64,000 bases of DNA from an uncultured Acidobacteriota bacterium (lineage in GTDB: Bacteria > Acidobacteriota > UBA6911). The position numbers and the translations under genes were made by a program. The DNA lies in contig CAWJKZ010000019.1 of the NCBI GenBank assembly GCA_963843575.1, forward strand, positions 384,001-448,000, written 5' to 3'. This document shows, piece by piece, positions 52,816-63,561 of this stretch; position 1 is the first letter of the stretch; each line of letters begins with the position of its first letter. Under the pieces are notes generated by a model, which made no database searches, had not been told where the DNA came from, and was given only the letters and a program-made list of their open reading frames with translations.

Positions 52816-53746
52816 TCAGCGCTTTGGTATCGAGACGGTGATGTTCCGGAACTTCAGGCCGCCCGTGTGGTCCCCCTGGATGTAGAAAGGCCCCGGCTGC
52901 GCCCTCGTTGGCATCCAGCGCGCCGCCGGTGATTCCCTCTATCTCCTGCCGGTCGATGGTCGTGACCCCGTTGCGGACGATGGTTACGGTGCGGCCCACG
53001 AGCGTGACGTCGAACGTGTCCCACTGTCCCGGGGTGCGCGGCAGTTCCTTCGGCGTGAGCCGGCCGTAGATGGACCCTATCCGGCGCTCCGGCGGGTTGT
53101 CGGCGAGAGGCTCGTATTCCAGCTGAACCTCGTAGCGCCCCCTCAGGTAGAAGCCGCTGTTGGCATGCTCGGGGCAATTGACCTCGAAGTGAAGCTTGAA
53201 GTCGTCAAACTGGCGGGTGGACTTCAGGTTGGCTCCGCGTTCCTCGTTGACCAGCTGCCCGTCCTTGACGACCCAGTGGCTGTTGGCCGGGTTGCCCATC
53301 GGTTCCCAGCCGCCGAGGTCGCGGCCGTTGAACAGCGGCTCCGGAGCCGTCCATGCGGCCGGGGCGGCGCGCTTCAGCTCCGGCGCCCGGACTCCCGCCA
53401 GCGCGAGCGTCGTGTCCCCGCGCTTCTGAACGCCGCTGATCTTGTCGCCCGCGGCATCGAGTTCCAGCACCTCGGCCGGCCTGTCGGCCGTTGCCGGGGA
53501 AACGGTCGCGGTCAGGTGTGACCCCTCGATCTTGAAGTCCGTCACTTGATAGACGTGCCCACCGGTCGGCTGGTACCACACTTCCAGCTTGCCGCCCTTC
53601 TCGGTCACGCCCAGCCAGACCGCCCGCGTCGCGTTTCCCCTGGTGATGTTGAAATCCCATCGTCCCGCCAGATTGCCCGCCTTCTGCGAGAACGCCGCCG
53701 GCGTCATCAGGGCGACGGCCAGAAGTACGATCAGATTCCGTTTCAT
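52816..53746 (-). CDS. DUF1080 (3-keto-glycoside hydrolase/hydratase-like) protein, frameshift near 52895
   Basis: LFNGRDLGGW, FDDFKLHFE, NSGFYLRGRYEVQL, GSIYG, IQGDH...FRNI. Confidence 0.85.
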
Positions 53747-53868
53747 ATGATTCCTCCGTAGATGGCGCAGTTTAAGCCCGCGGCGGCGCGGGGACAAGCG
53801 TCGCGCAGTTTTTGGGCTCGCCGCCCTCTGCCGGCGGACGCCGACCCCCGAGTTTCCCGCGTCGGACG

Positions 53869-55647
53869 CTATCTCGCCGCTGCCGGGTAAAGGGGCCAAA
53901 GCACCGGCAGGATCAGCAGGATGATGCTCAAGAGGATGAGGGTAAGGAGCAAGCCGGCCTTGACGAAGTCCCTGAAGCGGTATTTTCCCGGCCCGTAAAC
54001 CAGGATGCACGAAGGTTCGAACGGCGTGATCAGCGACACCGACGCCGCCAGCATGATGGCGATGGCGAATGTGCGCGGGTTGGCGCCGAGGCGCTGAGCC
54101 GAGTTCAGGGCGACGGGGAGCACGACCAGGGCGGCGGCCGCGTTCGACATCGGCTGGGTGAGGATCACGGTCAGGAGGCAGAAACCCGCAAGGACCGTCA
54201 TCACGCCGAACGGTTCGAGGATGCGGGTGATGTGGCCGGCGAGGAAGGCGGCCGTGCCCGTCTTCTCCATCGCGGTCCCGAACGCGGTCATGCCTCCGAT
54301 CAGGATCAGGAGTCTCCAGTCGATGAATTCGTAGGCCTCCTCCACGGTGATGCTGCGCACCAGCATCGTCAGCACGGCCGCCGCGAGGATGGCTACCGAG
54401 AGCGGGACCCAGCCGAGCCCGCCGGCGAGGATCGCGCAACCGAAAAAGACCAGGGCGTAGGTTCCCTTCTTCTGACGCGCCTCCGGCGGGATCAGCTCAT
54501 CGAGGATGGTCAGATCCGGGTTTCGTCTCAGGTTCCGGATCCTTTCCGCCTGCCCGTGCAGCAGGAGCACATCCCCGACGCGAAGCCTTATGCGGGCGAT
54601 CTTGTCGGCGAGCGAGTGACCGTGGCGGTAGATCGCCAGCGCCGTGAGGCCGTAGCGCCGCCTGAAATCCAGCTCCTTCAGCGTCCGGTCGATCAGGTTG
54701 GATTGAGGCATGAGGAGCGCTTCGGCGATCCTGTTGTCTTCCGATTGCAGGTCAGCGTCCTGCAGATTCAGGAGAGCCTTGATCTCGACGCCCTCCGTGT
54801 TCTTGATCTTCATCAGGTCTTCGACCTTGCCCTCCACGAGCAGGACGTCCCCGTGCCGGATGAGAGAACCCGAATCAGGCAGGATCTTCTGGTTCCCCCG
54901 CAACACCTGCACGATCTGAAAACCCAGCCGGGAGAGCTCGGATTCGAAGATCCGTTGGCCCCCGAGGCGCGAGTCCGGGAGCACGGCGATTTCGCTCAGG
55001 TACTTGCGCATGCCGTAGTCATCCGTCTGGCTTTCACCCTTGTGAGACGGCAGCAGCCGGCGCCCGACCATGACCATGTAGAGCACGCCGACCAGCAGCA
55101 GCACCAGCCCGACGGGCGTTATCTCGAAGAGCGAGATCGGTGCCATTCCCACCCTCGCGATGTATCCGCTGACCGCCACGTTCGTGGACGTGCCGATCAG
55201 GGTGCACGTCCCGCCCAGGATCGAGGCGAACGCCATTGGCATGAGGAGCTTTGACGGGCTGATCTGCGCCCTGCGCGAGAGTCCCATGACCGGGGGAAGG
55301 AAGACCGCGGTGGCGGTGGTGTTGTTCATGAACGCCGAAACACACCCCACCGTGGCCATGACGGCCAACGTCAGGCGCTTCGGCCCCTTGCCCGCGACCC
55401 GGTACAGGTGGGCCCCGATGGCGTCCACCACGCCGGTCTTCTGCAGCGCGCCGCTGAGTGCGAAGATGGAGGCCAGGATGATGATGATCTCGTTGCTGAA
55501 GCCGGCGAAGGACTCGGCAGGGGTCAGGATGCCGGTCAGCACGAGCACGACAAGCAGCATCATCGTGATGAGGTCGACGGATGTCACCTCCATGGCGAAC
55601 AGGATCAGGGCAGCGATCAACAGGCCGAGGACGAGGGCGATCTGCAT
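53869..55647 (-). CDS. SLC13/CitT-like permease with two TrkA-C domains
   Basis: SAFMNNT, ASILGGTCTLIGTSTN, TrkA-C repeats (GDVLL), MSNAAA, GPGKYRFRDF. Confidence 0.9.
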   Translation of the reverse strand: MQIALVLGLLIAALILFAMEVTSVDLITMMLLVVLVLTGILTPAESFAGFSNEIIIILASIFALSGALQKTGVVDAIGAHLYRVAGKGPKRLTLAVMATVGCVSAFMNNTTATAVFLPPVMGLSRRAQISPSKLLMPMAFASILGGTCTLIGTSTNVAVSGYIARVGMAPISLFEITPVGLVLLLVGVLYMVMVGRRLLPSHKGESQTDDYGMRKYLSEIAVLPDSRLGGQRIFESELSRLGFQIVQVLRGNQKILPDSGSLIRHGDVLLVEGKVEDLMKIKNTEGVEIKALLNLQDADLQSEDNRIAEALLMPQSNLIDRTLKELDFRRRYGLTALAIYRHGHSLADKIARIRLRVGDVLLLHGQAERIRNLRRNPDLTILDELIPPEARQKKGTYALVFFGCAILAGGLGWVPLSVAILAAAVLTMLVRSITVEEAYEFIDWRLLILIGGMTAFGTAMEKTGTAAFLAGHITRILEPFGVMTVLAGFCLLTVILTQPMSNAAAALVVLPVALNSAQRLGANPRTFAIAIMLAASVSLITPFEPSCILVYGPGKYRFRDFVKAGLLLTLILLSIILLILPVLWPLYPAAAR

Positions 55648-55784
55648 GGTCACATCCTAAACGAAGACGCTCGAATCGGTTCGGCGGATTGAACCCGGCC
55701 CCGCGGCCGTTCGTCCGGCATGCACTGAAATAGTATCAGGCGCGCCGGCACCTTACCTGCTTCAATAACGCGTCCCCTCTGAAT

Positions 55785-55905
55785 CAAGTGGGTCCGGGCT
55801 TTAGCCCGGACGTCTTTTGACTTTCGCTAAGCAGCAACCGCAAATAACGTCCGGGCTGAAGCCCGGACCCACTTGGCTGAAGCCCGGACCCACTTGACCC
55901 ACTTG
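55785..55905. repeat. Family A REPIN with partial end duplications
   Basis: 55788-55811, inverted 55849-55872, truncated duplicates 55875-55905. Confidence 0.9.
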
Positions 55906-55940
55906 GCGGTTTTTCGGTTCTTGGGCTTTTGGGAGGCGTT

Positions 55941-57791
55941 CTACAGCTGCGGGAGGCGGACGGTGGTGTCGGGAGCGGCGACGGGCTCGGGGTTCGGAGG
56001 TTCGGGGGTGAAGTCCTCGCCCGGGTTGATGAACGTGTCGGTTTCCAGGTCGTACTGCCGGTCGTGGAGCTGGCGGTAGCGGCCCCCGGCCGCCAGCAAT
56101 TCCTGGTGGGTGCCGCGCTCGATGATTTCGCCGTTTTCCAGCACGAGGATCTGGTCGGCGCTGCGGATGGTGGAGAGCCTGTGGGCGATCACGAACGTGG
56201 TGCGGCCATGGCGCAGGCGTCTCAGGCCGTCCTGGATCATCGCCTCGCTTTCGCTGTCCAGGCTCGAGGTGGCCTCGTCGAGGATCAGGATGCGCGGATC
56301 CGCCAGGATGGCGCGTGCGATCCCGATGCGCTGCCTCTGGCCGCCGGACAACCTGATGCCGCGTTCCCCGACGACCGTGTCGTAGCCGTTTTCGAAGCCC
56401 TCGACGAATTCCTCGCAGTGGGCGATGCGGCCGGCTTCGCGGACCTGGTCGCGCGTGGCGCCCGGGCGGGAGAATCGTATGTTGTCGGCGACGGTGCCGT
56501 CGAAGAGGAAGTTCTCCTGCATGACGGCCCCGAGCTGCGCGCGATAGTCGCGCAACCGGACGTGCGGCAGGTCGATCCCGTCGATCGTGATCCGTCCGGA
56601 CTTGGGGCGATCGAAGGCCATGACGAGGCCGATGAGGGTGCTTTTGCCGGACCCGCTCGAGCCGACCAGCGCCGTGGTGGAGCCCGCCGGGGCGTCGAAC
56701 GACACGTTGCGCAGCACGGGGATGCCGTTGGTGTACTCGAAGGTGACGTCCTCGAAGGCGATGTCGCCCCGCACCGAGGAGAGCGGCTGCCGGGACTTCT
56801 CGTCCGCGTCCTCGGTCGCCATCTGCCGGATCTCGTTGATGCGGTCGAGTCCAGCGAAGGCCTCGGTGATCTGGGTGCCGATCGACGCCAGCTGCACCAG
56901 CGGCATGGCCATCAGGCCCGTGAAGAAGGTGTACATCACCAGCTCGCCCAGGGTCATCTGCCCGGCAATGATGGCGCGCCCCCCCACGAGCAGCACGATG
57001 ACGCCGATCGCGCCGACGATGACGGTCGAGGCGGAGGCGGTGGCCGACACGCCGGTGATCGATTTCGCGACGTTGCGGAACAACCTGTGGACGCCGCGCG
57101 TGAAGACGAGCTGCTCGCGCTTCTCGGCCGTGTAGGATTTGACGATGCGGATGCCGCCCAGCGATTCCGTCAGGCGGCCGGTCACCTCGGCCTGGATCTT
57201 GCCGCGCTCGCGGAACATCGGCCGCAGCCTCCTGAACGCGGTCGCCAGGACCGCGCCGAAGCAGGACAGCACGGTCAGGGTCACCAGCGTCAGGGCCCAG
57301 TTCAGGTAGAAGAGCACTCCCAGGGCCAGCAGGCCCGTGACGATCGACCCCGTCAGCTGGACGAGGCCGGTGCCGACCAGGTTGCGGATTCCCTCCGCGT
57401 CGGTCATGATCCGCGAGATGAGGACGCCGGTCTGGGTGGAATCGAAGTAACGCACCGGGAGCCGCACGACGTGCGCCTCGACGCTCCGTCGCATGTCCGT
57501 GATGGCGCGCTGGGCGGCCACGCCCAGGACCTGGGAGAGCGCGAACGAGGTCGCGGCGTCGACCAGGGTGGCGGCGCCGGCCGCCAGCGCCAGCCACGGC
57601 AGGAGGTCGTGTTGCTGCTTGCCGATGACGTCGTCGATCAGGTACTTCGAGGTCGCAGGAAGCACGAGGCCGGCGATGCGGCTGATCAGCATCAGGGCCA
57701 GGCCAAGCGCAAGGCGTGCGCGATGCTCGGCGATCAGCCGGCGCGCCTCGCCCCACGCCTGGGACCACCGGATCTGTTTTCTGTCCGCCAC
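55941..57791 (-). CDS. ABC exporter, fused TMD-NBD (MsbA/ABCB-like)
   Basis: Six-TM domain; Walker A GSSGSGKS, LSGGQ, ILDEATSSLD, AHRLST. Confidence 0.93.
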   Translation of the reverse strand: MADRKQIRWSQAWGEARRLIAEHRARLALGLALMLISRIAGLVLPATSKYLIDDVIGKQQHDLLPWLALAAGAATLVDAATSFALSQVLGVAAQRAITDMRRSVEAHVVRLPVRYFDSTQTGVLISRIMTDAEGIRNLVGTGLVQLTGSIVTGLLALGVLFYLNWALTLVTLTVLSCFGAVLATAFRRLRPMFRERGKIQAEVTGRLTESLGGIRIVKSYTAEKREQLVFTRGVHRLFRNVAKSITGVSATASASTVIVGAIGVIVLLVGGRAIIAGQMTLGELVMYTFFTGLMAMPLVQLASIGTQITEAFAGLDRINEIRQMATEDADEKSRQPLSSVRGDIAFEDVTFEYTNGIPVLRNVSFDAPAGSTTALVGSSGSGKSTLIGLVMAFDRPKSGRITIDGIDLPHVRLRDYRAQLGAVMQENFLFDGTVADNIRFSRPGATRDQVREAGRIAHCEEFVEGFENGYDTVVGERGIRLSGGQRQRIGIARAILADPRILILDEATSSLDSESEAMIQDGLRRLRHGRTTFVIAHRLSTIRSADQILVLENGEIIERGTHQELLAAGGRYRQLHDRQYDLETDTFINPGEDFTPEPPNPEPVAAPDTTVRLPQL

Positions 57792-57843
57792 ACCAGACTA
57801 TATAGCACAGATCAACAGCCAGGTAAGGTTACGTAGATAAGGT

Positions 57844-58038
57844 CAAGTGGGTCCGGGCTTCAGCCCGGACGTTTTTAGAACCGTCTCCTACCGCTACACA
57901 TGTACTGCATAGCGACTGCAAAAGGCGTCAAGTGGGTCCGGGCTTCAGCCCGGACGCCGTTTGCAGTCGCTGTGCAGGGCAGTTGGAACCATATGGAACG
58001 GATTTGAATACGTCCGGGCTGAAGCCCGGACCCACTTG
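57844..58038. repeat. Family A REP cluster
   Basis: 57847-57870, 57932-57955 and inverted 58012-58035. Confidence 0.9.
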
Positions 58039-58118
58039 GCTGTGTGCGAGTAAGGTACGGCGCAGCTTGGCGCGGCGGCCTCGTGGTAGCATGTGTTCCG
58101 ACCCCGGGGAGGCTGACG

Positions 58119-58874
58119 ATGCTGAAGGCAATCGGCTGGATCGGCGACTTGTCGAGTTTCGGCGTGCGCGCCCTGCGCGCGTCCATCCGCCCGCCCTTTG
58201 AATTCGAGCAGATTATCCGGCAGATGTACGAGTTCGGCGCCCGCTCGCTGCCGCTGATCGGCGCCGCCGGCTTCGCCGTGGGGGCGGTGATGTCGATGCA
58301 CACCCGCGCCTCGCTGGAGCGTTTCGGGGCCGAGGCGATGATCCCGGCCGGCCTCGGCGTGGCGCTCATCAAGGAAACCGGTCCGCTGGTGACGGCCCTG
58401 CTCTTCTCCGGTCGTGTCGGGGCGGGCATCGGCGCCGAGCTCGGCGCGATGCGCGTCAGCGAGCAGATCGACGCGCTCGAGACGCTGGCGGTCGATTCGT
58501 TCAAGTACCTGGTGGTCACCCGGATCCTCGCCTGCATCGCCGTGATGCCGCTGCTGGTCACGGTGGCCAACTTCGCTGGCATCGTCGGCGGGTACGTGTC
58601 CGAGACCGTCATCAGCGGGATGTCGTTCGGCCTTTACTGGGAGCGCGCCTTCTCCCTGATCTCCTTCTCGGACTATGTCCCGGCCACCCTGAAGACGTGC
58701 GTGTTTGGTTTCATCATCGGCACTACCTCGGCATACCTCGGGTACAACACGGAGGGCGGCACGGCGGGCGTGGGGCAGGCGGCGACGCGCAGCGTCGTGT
58801 CTTCCTCGATACTGGTCATTCTGTCCAACGTGGTGATGGTCAAGGCGATCTTTGTTCTCTTTCCGAAAGGTTGA
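58119..58874 (+). CDS. mlaE: MlaE-family ABC permease
   Basis: KETGPLVTALLFSGRVGAGIGAELGAMRVSEQIDALE, GVGQAATRSVV. Confidence 0.9.
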   Translation: MLKAIGWIGDLSSFGVRALRASIRPPFEFEQIIRQMYEFGARSLPLIGAAGFAVGAVMSMHTRASLERFGAEAMIPAGLGVALIKETGPLVTALLFSGRVGAGIGAELGAMRVSEQIDALETLAVDSFKYLVVTRILACIAVMPLLVTVANFAGIVGGYVSETVISGMSFGLYWERAFSLISFSDYVPATLKTCVFGFIIGTTSAYLGYNTEGGTAGVGQAATRSVVSSSILVILSNVVMVKAIFVLFPKG

Positions 58875-58886
58875 GGCGCTCGAGCC

Positions 58887-59654
58887 ATGCAAGAGGAGAC
58901 GGCGGCCGGATCGAATGGGGTGGCCATACGCTTCGAGAGGGTCTCGAAGTCCTTCGGCGGCCTGCGGGTGCTCGACGACGTGTCGTTCCAGGTGCGGCGG
59001 GGCGAGGCCTTCTGCATCCTGGGCCGGAGCGGCTCGGGCAAGAGCGTCACGCTGCGGCAGCTGGTGGGCCTGATCAAGCCCGACCGCGGCCGCATCTTCG
59101 TGGAAGACGACGAGATCACCGCGCTGGACGCGCAGGGGCTCGCGCGCGTGCGCAAGCGGATCGGCTTCCTGTTTCAGTACTCGGCGCTGTTTGATTCCAT
59201 CTCGGTGGGGGAGAACGTCGCCTTTCCCCTGCGCCGGCACACCCGCGGGACGGACCGCGAGATCCGCGACCGCGCGCAGCAGCTGCTGGAGAGCGTCGGG
59301 CTCGCCGAAGTCTACGGCAAGATGCCCGCGCAGATTTCCGGCGGGATGCAGAAGCGGGCCGCGCTGGCGCGCGCCCTCGCCCTGCACCCGCCCGTGCTGC
59401 TGGTGGACGAGCCCAGCAGCGGCCTGGATCCCGTGACGGCATCGGAAATCGACGACCTGCTGCTGCGTCTGAAGAAGCGCGAAAAGACCACCATGGTCGT
59501 GGTCACCCACAACATACCCAGCGCGCGGATCCTGGGCGACGAGCTGGCCGTGCTCCACCAGGGCCGTATCCTGGACAGCGGGACGCCCGCCCATCTCGAG
59601 GTGAGTGAGCACGGGCTGGTGAGGTCGTTGTTGAACTCTCAAGGGGGTAACTGA
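58887..59654 (+). CDS. mlaF: MlaF-family ABC ATP-binding protein
   Basis: GRSGSGKS, FQYSALFDS, ISGGMQKR, DEPSSGLDP. Confidence 0.88.
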   Translation: MQEETAAGSNGVAIRFERVSKSFGGLRVLDDVSFQVRRGEAFCILGRSGSGKSVTLRQLVGLIKPDRGRIFVEDDEITALDAQGLARVRKRIGFLFQYSALFDSISVGENVAFPLRRHTRGTDREIRDRAQQLLESVGLAEVYGKMPAQISGGMQKRAALARALALHPPVLLVDEPSSGLDPVTASEIDDLLLRLKKREKTTMVVVTHNIPSARILGDELAVLHQGRILDSGTPAHLEVSEHGLVRSLLNSQGGN

Positions 59655-59657
59655 GCC

Positions 59658-61094
59658 ATGCATTCCTCCCAGAAGATCGCCATCGGTGCGTTCGTGCTCG
59701 GCGGCCTCGTCCTGTTCACCCTGGGGTTGTACTGGATCGGGGAGCGGCGCTTCCTCTTCTCCGACAACATCGAGCTGTACGCGGAATTCGCGAACGTGAG
59801 CGGCCTGAAAACCGGGTCGCGGGTCGCGGTGTCGGGGATGGACGGCGGGGAAGTGCTGTACATCGGCGTCCCGGCGTCCCCGGGAGCGAAATTCCGGGTG
59901 AAGTTCCGCCTGCTCGAGAAGTTTCGCCCGATCCTGCGTCTCGATTCGGTGGCCACGATTCAGACCGACGGGCTCGTGGGCAACAAGCTCCTGCAGGTGG
60001 ACCCCGGCACCGCGCAGTCGCGGCGAGCCGAGCGCGGCGACACCATCTCCAGCCGCGAGCCGGTGGAGTTCAACGACGTGGTCCGGGAAACGGTCGAGAC
60101 CGTCCGGTACGCGCGGTCGGCCGTGGACGAGGTCAGGGGCCGGGTCGACGAGGCCGTCGACAACCTCGTCGGCATCAACCAGGCGGCCACCGGGTTGATT
60201 CAGGACGTCGGCACCCAGGTCGCGAGGATAACCGCCGCCACTCAGAACGTGGTCGCCGGAGTCGACGAAATCGTCGAGGGGGTGCAGCAGGGACGCGGCT
60301 CGGCAGGGAAACTGTTCACCGACGACCGCCTTTATGAAGACGTGCGCGGCACCGTCCGGGAACTGCAGCAGACCTCGGGTAACCTCGTGCGGATCACCTC
60401 GGACGTGAACGAGATCGTCGGCGACATCAAGCGGCGACAGCTCGGGAAGAACCTGGAACAGACCATGCAGAACATCGAGGAGATCTCCGTCAAGGGCAAG
60501 CAGGCGCTCGGCTCACTCCTGCCCGGAAGCCCTGGGGAGGAGGGCCTCGCCTCCAGCCTGCGCCGAACCCTGGTCAACACCAACGAAGCCATGTCCGACA
60601 TGGCCGAGAACGCGGAGGCGCTCAAACGAAACTGGTTTTTCCGGGGCTTTTTCAATGCGCGCGGCTTCTACGACCTGGATGCCATCTCGCTGGCCGACTA
60701 CCGGAGCGGAAAGTTCGCCCCCAAGCTCAAGCCGCGGCGCCATTGGCTGGCCGCCGGAGAGCTCTTCGCGAAAGGGCCAGACGCGCAGGAAGTGCTGACC
60801 GAGGAGGGGATGCACAGGCTGGATCTCGCCATGGCCGAATTCCTGCAGGAGTCCCAGAACTCCCCGCTGATGATCGAAGGGTACGCCGCCGCCGGAACCT
60901 CCCACGAGCAGTTCCTGCTCTCGCGCGAGCGCGCCGTCCGCGTCCGCAACTACCTCATCCCCCGCTTCTCGCTGCGTACCAACTACGTCGGGTTCGTCCC
61001 GCTCGGGGCCGAAGGGTCGCCCGACGGCCAATTCAAGGCCTCCGACGGCGTGTCGCTGGTGCTGTTTACCAATCCCAAGGCCACCCGGAAGTAG
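59658..61094 (+). CDS. mlaD: MlaD/MCE protein with helical region and C-terminal OmpA-like domain
   Basis: N-terminal TM, VSGLKTGSRV...GGEV, IQTDGLVGNK; C-terminal IEGY...LSRERAVRVRNYL. Confidence 0.85.
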   Translation: MHSSQKIAIGAFVLGGLVLFTLGLYWIGERRFLFSDNIELYAEFANVSGLKTGSRVAVSGMDGGEVLYIGVPASPGAKFRVKFRLLEKFRPILRLDSVATIQTDGLVGNKLLQVDPGTAQSRRAERGDTISSREPVEFNDVVRETVETVRYARSAVDEVRGRVDEAVDNLVGINQAATGLIQDVGTQVARITAATQNVVAGVDEIVEGVQQGRGSAGKLFTDDRLYEDVRGTVRELQQTSGNLVRITSDVNEIVGDIKRRQLGKNLEQTMQNIEEISVKGKQALGSLLPGSPGEEGLASSLRRTLVNTNEAMSDMAENAEALKRNWFFRGFFNARGFYDLDAISLADYRSGKFAPKLKPRRHWLAAGELFAKGPDAQEVLTEEGMHRLDLAMAEFLQESQNSPLMIEGYAAAGTSHEQFLLSRERAVRVRNYLIPRFSLRTNYVGFVPLGAEGSPDGQFKASDGVSLVLFTNPKATRK

Positions 61095-61097
61095 CCG

Positions 61098-63473
61098 ATG
61101 AGAATGTTCCCTGCAACGATGTGCGGCTGGCTGCTTGCGGCCGGGGCTGGCCTTGCCGCACGGCCGGCCGCGCCGGGGCCCGCGAGCGGACTGGCGCTGT
61201 GGTATCGCCGGCCCGCCGCGGAGTGGCTGGAAGCCCTTCCCGTGGGCAATGGGCGCCTCGGCGCCATGGTGTTTGGCCGCGTGGCCGACGAGCAGATCCA
61301 GCTGAACGAAAAGACCGTCTGGTCGGGCGGCCGCGACAGCCAGCCGCCGCCGGCTGGAGCCTACAGGCGGCTCGCGGAGATCCGCCGGCTGCTCTTCGGC
61401 GGCAATTACGCCGACGGCGAGGCCGCGGCGCGCTCTGCCTTCCTCTCCGGCCGCCGCGGAGACCGCAACAGCTACCAGACGCTCGGCGACTTGTCGCTGG
61501 CCGCCGACCTTCCCGGCGAGCCCGCGGACTACCGCCGGTGGCTCGACCTGGATTCGGGCGTCGCCGTCACGACGTTCACGCTGGATGGCGTCGCCTACCG
61601 CAGGGAAGTCTTCTGCAGCGCCCCCGACCAGGTCCTGGTTGTGCGGCTCGCCGCGGATCGCCCCGGCGGCATTGGAGTCAGCGCCACCCTGCGGCGCGGC
61701 GGCGCCCGCCTCGAGGAGGCCGGCACCGACACGCTGCTGATGAACGGCCAGGCGGGTCTGAAAGAGGAAGCCCGCGGGGTGAAGTTCGCGGCCGCGCTGA
61801 AGGTGCTCGCCGAGGGCGGACAAGTCCGCGCAGAGGGCGGCCGGGTGACGGTGTCGGGCGCTGCCGCCGTCACCCTGATCCTGGCGGCTGCCACCGACTA
61901 CAACCTTGGGAATCCCTCGGTGCCGCTCGCGCACGACCTGGCACGGATGTCGCTCGGGACCGCCGCCGCGGCCTCCGCGCGCCCTTACGCCGAACTGAAG
62001 GAGCGGAGCGTGGCCGACCACCGGCGCCTGTTCCGCCGCGTGGAGCTGAGGCTGTCGCCCGCCGCGGCGCCGGATCTGCCGACCGACGAGCGGCTCAAGG
62101 CCGTGCAGGCGGGCGCCGAAGACCCGCGACTGGTGGAGCTCTATTTCCAGTACGGCCGCTACCTCCTGATCTCCTCGTCGCGCCCCGGCAGCCTGCCGGC
62201 CAACCTGCAGGGCGTCTGGAACCAGGAACTGTCGGCGCCCTGGGGGGCCGACTACCACATCAACATCAACATCCAGATGAACTACTGGCCGGCCGAAGTG
62301 GCGAACCTGTCCGAGTGCCACGAGCCGTTTTTCGATTTCGTCGAGGCGCTCGCACGCCACTCGGGACGCCGGGCCGCTCGCGACGTTTACGGCGCCCGCG
62401 GTTTTGTCGGGCACTACACCACCGACCCGTGGTTCTACACGCCCGCCGCGGGCGAGCCGCAGTGGGCCCTCTGGCAAATGGGCGGCGCCTGGGCGACGCG
62501 CCACTTCATCGAGCACTACCGGTTCACCGGCGACCGGGCCTTCCTGCGGGGACGCGCCTACCCGATGCTGCGCGAGGCCGCGCTCTTCCTGCTCGACTGG
62601 CTCGTGGAGGACCCGAAGACCGGCAAACTGGTCTCGGGCCCCAGCGCGTCCCCCGAAAACACGTTCACCGCCGCCGACGGGAAGAACTACAGCGTGTCGA
62701 TGGGCTGCTCGATGGACCAGGAAATCATCTGGGACACGCTCACCAACTTCCTCGCCGCGGCACGCGAGCTGGGCATCGCAGACGAGCAGACCCGTAAAGC
62801 CCGCGCCGCGCTCGGCCGGCTGGCCTGGCCGGGAATCGGCTCCGACGGACGGCTGATGGAGTGGACGCACGAGTTCGGCGAGCCCGAGCCTGGACACCGG
62901 CACATCTCCCACCTGTACGGCCTGCACCCCGCCGCGCAGTTCACCCGGAGCGCGACGCCGGAATACCTGGCCGCGGCGCGCCGGACGATCGATCACCGGC
63001 TCGCCCACGGCGGCGGCCACACCGGCTGGAGCCGCGCCTGGATCGTCAACTTTTTCGCGCGCTTCCAGGACGGCGAACGCGCGTACGAGAACGTCCGGCT
63101 GCTGCTGCAGAAGTCGACGCTGAGCAACCTGTTCGACAACCACCCGCCGTTTCAGATCGACGGGAACTTCGGCGGCGCCGCCGGGATCGCCGAGATGCTC
63201 CTGCAGAGCCACGACGACGGCATTACGCTGCTACCGGCACTGCCGAAAGCCTGGGCCGAGGGCCATTTCACAGGACTGCGCGCGCGCGGCGGCTTCGAGG
63301 TGAGCGCCTCCTGGCGGGGCGGGGAACTCGAGCGCGCCGAGATCAAGTCGCTCAACGGCAAAAGGTGCCGCGTTCGTCTCGGCGGCGTGGTGCGGGAGTT
63401 CGCGACCACGCCGGGGCGGATCTACGAGTTGCACAACAACAACTTGTCACGGAGGACACAGAAAAAAACCTGA
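61098..63473 (+). CDS. GH95 alpha-L-fucosidase
   Basis: [60 protein letters not shown]. Confidence 0.95.
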   Translation: MRMFPATMCGWLLAAGAGLAARPAAPGPASGLALWYRRPAAEWLEALPVGNGRLGAMVFGRVADEQIQLNEKTVWSGGRDSQPPPAGAYRRLAEIRRLLFGGNYADGEAAARSAFLSGRRGDRNSYQTLGDLSLAADLPGEPADYRRWLDLDSGVAVTTFTLDGVAYRREVFCSAPDQVLVVRLAADRPGGIGVSATLRRGGARLEEAGTDTLLMNGQAGLKEEARGVKFAAALKVLAEGGQVRAEGGRVTVSGAAAVTLILAAATDYNLGNPSVPLAHDLARMSLGTAAAASARPYAELKERSVADHRRLFRRVELRLSPAAAPDLPTDERLKAVQAGAEDPRLVELYFQYGRYLLISSSRPGSLPANLQGVWNQELSAPWGADYHININIQMNYWPAEVANLSECHEPFFDFVEALARHSGRRAARDVYGARGFVGHYTTDPWFYTPAAGEPQWALWQMGGAWATRHFIEHYRFTGDRAFLRGRAYPMLREAALFLLDWLVEDPKTGKLVSGPSASPENTFTAADGKNYSVSMGCSMDQEIIWDTLTNFLAAARELGIADEQTRKARAALGRLAWPGIGSDGRLMEWTHEFGEPEPGHRHISHLYGLHPAAQFTRSATPEYLAAARRTIDHRLAHGGGHTGWSRAWIVNFFARFQDGERAYENVRLLLQKSTLSNLFDNHPPFQIDGNFGGAAGIAEMLLQSHDDGITLLPALPKAWAEGHFTGLRARGGFEVSASWRGGELERAEIKSLNGKRCRVRLGGVVREFATTPGRIYELHNNNLSRRTQKKT

Positions 63474-63551
63474 GGGCACGGAATGTCAGAATCGTTTTAT
63501 TCCGTGTTCTTCCGTCTTTTTTCCGTGTCTTCCGTGACAAGTTGTTGTTGT
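63433..63551. repeat. Long imperfect inverted repeat overlapping the GH95 stop (family C-like units; possible terminator)
   Basis: acaacaacaacttgtcacgga...aaaaaa pairs with tttttt...tccgtgacaagttgttgttgt. Confidence 0.75.
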
Positions 63552-63561
63552 CCGTCCGCTG

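Noticed and set aside
21993-63212. Long antisense or alternate-frame ORFs (e.g. 21993..24386-, 36588..38684+, 50158..52809-, 60513..63212-)
   Set aside because: Shadow ORFs typical of high-GC DNA; they overlap well-supported genes and have no recognisable motifs
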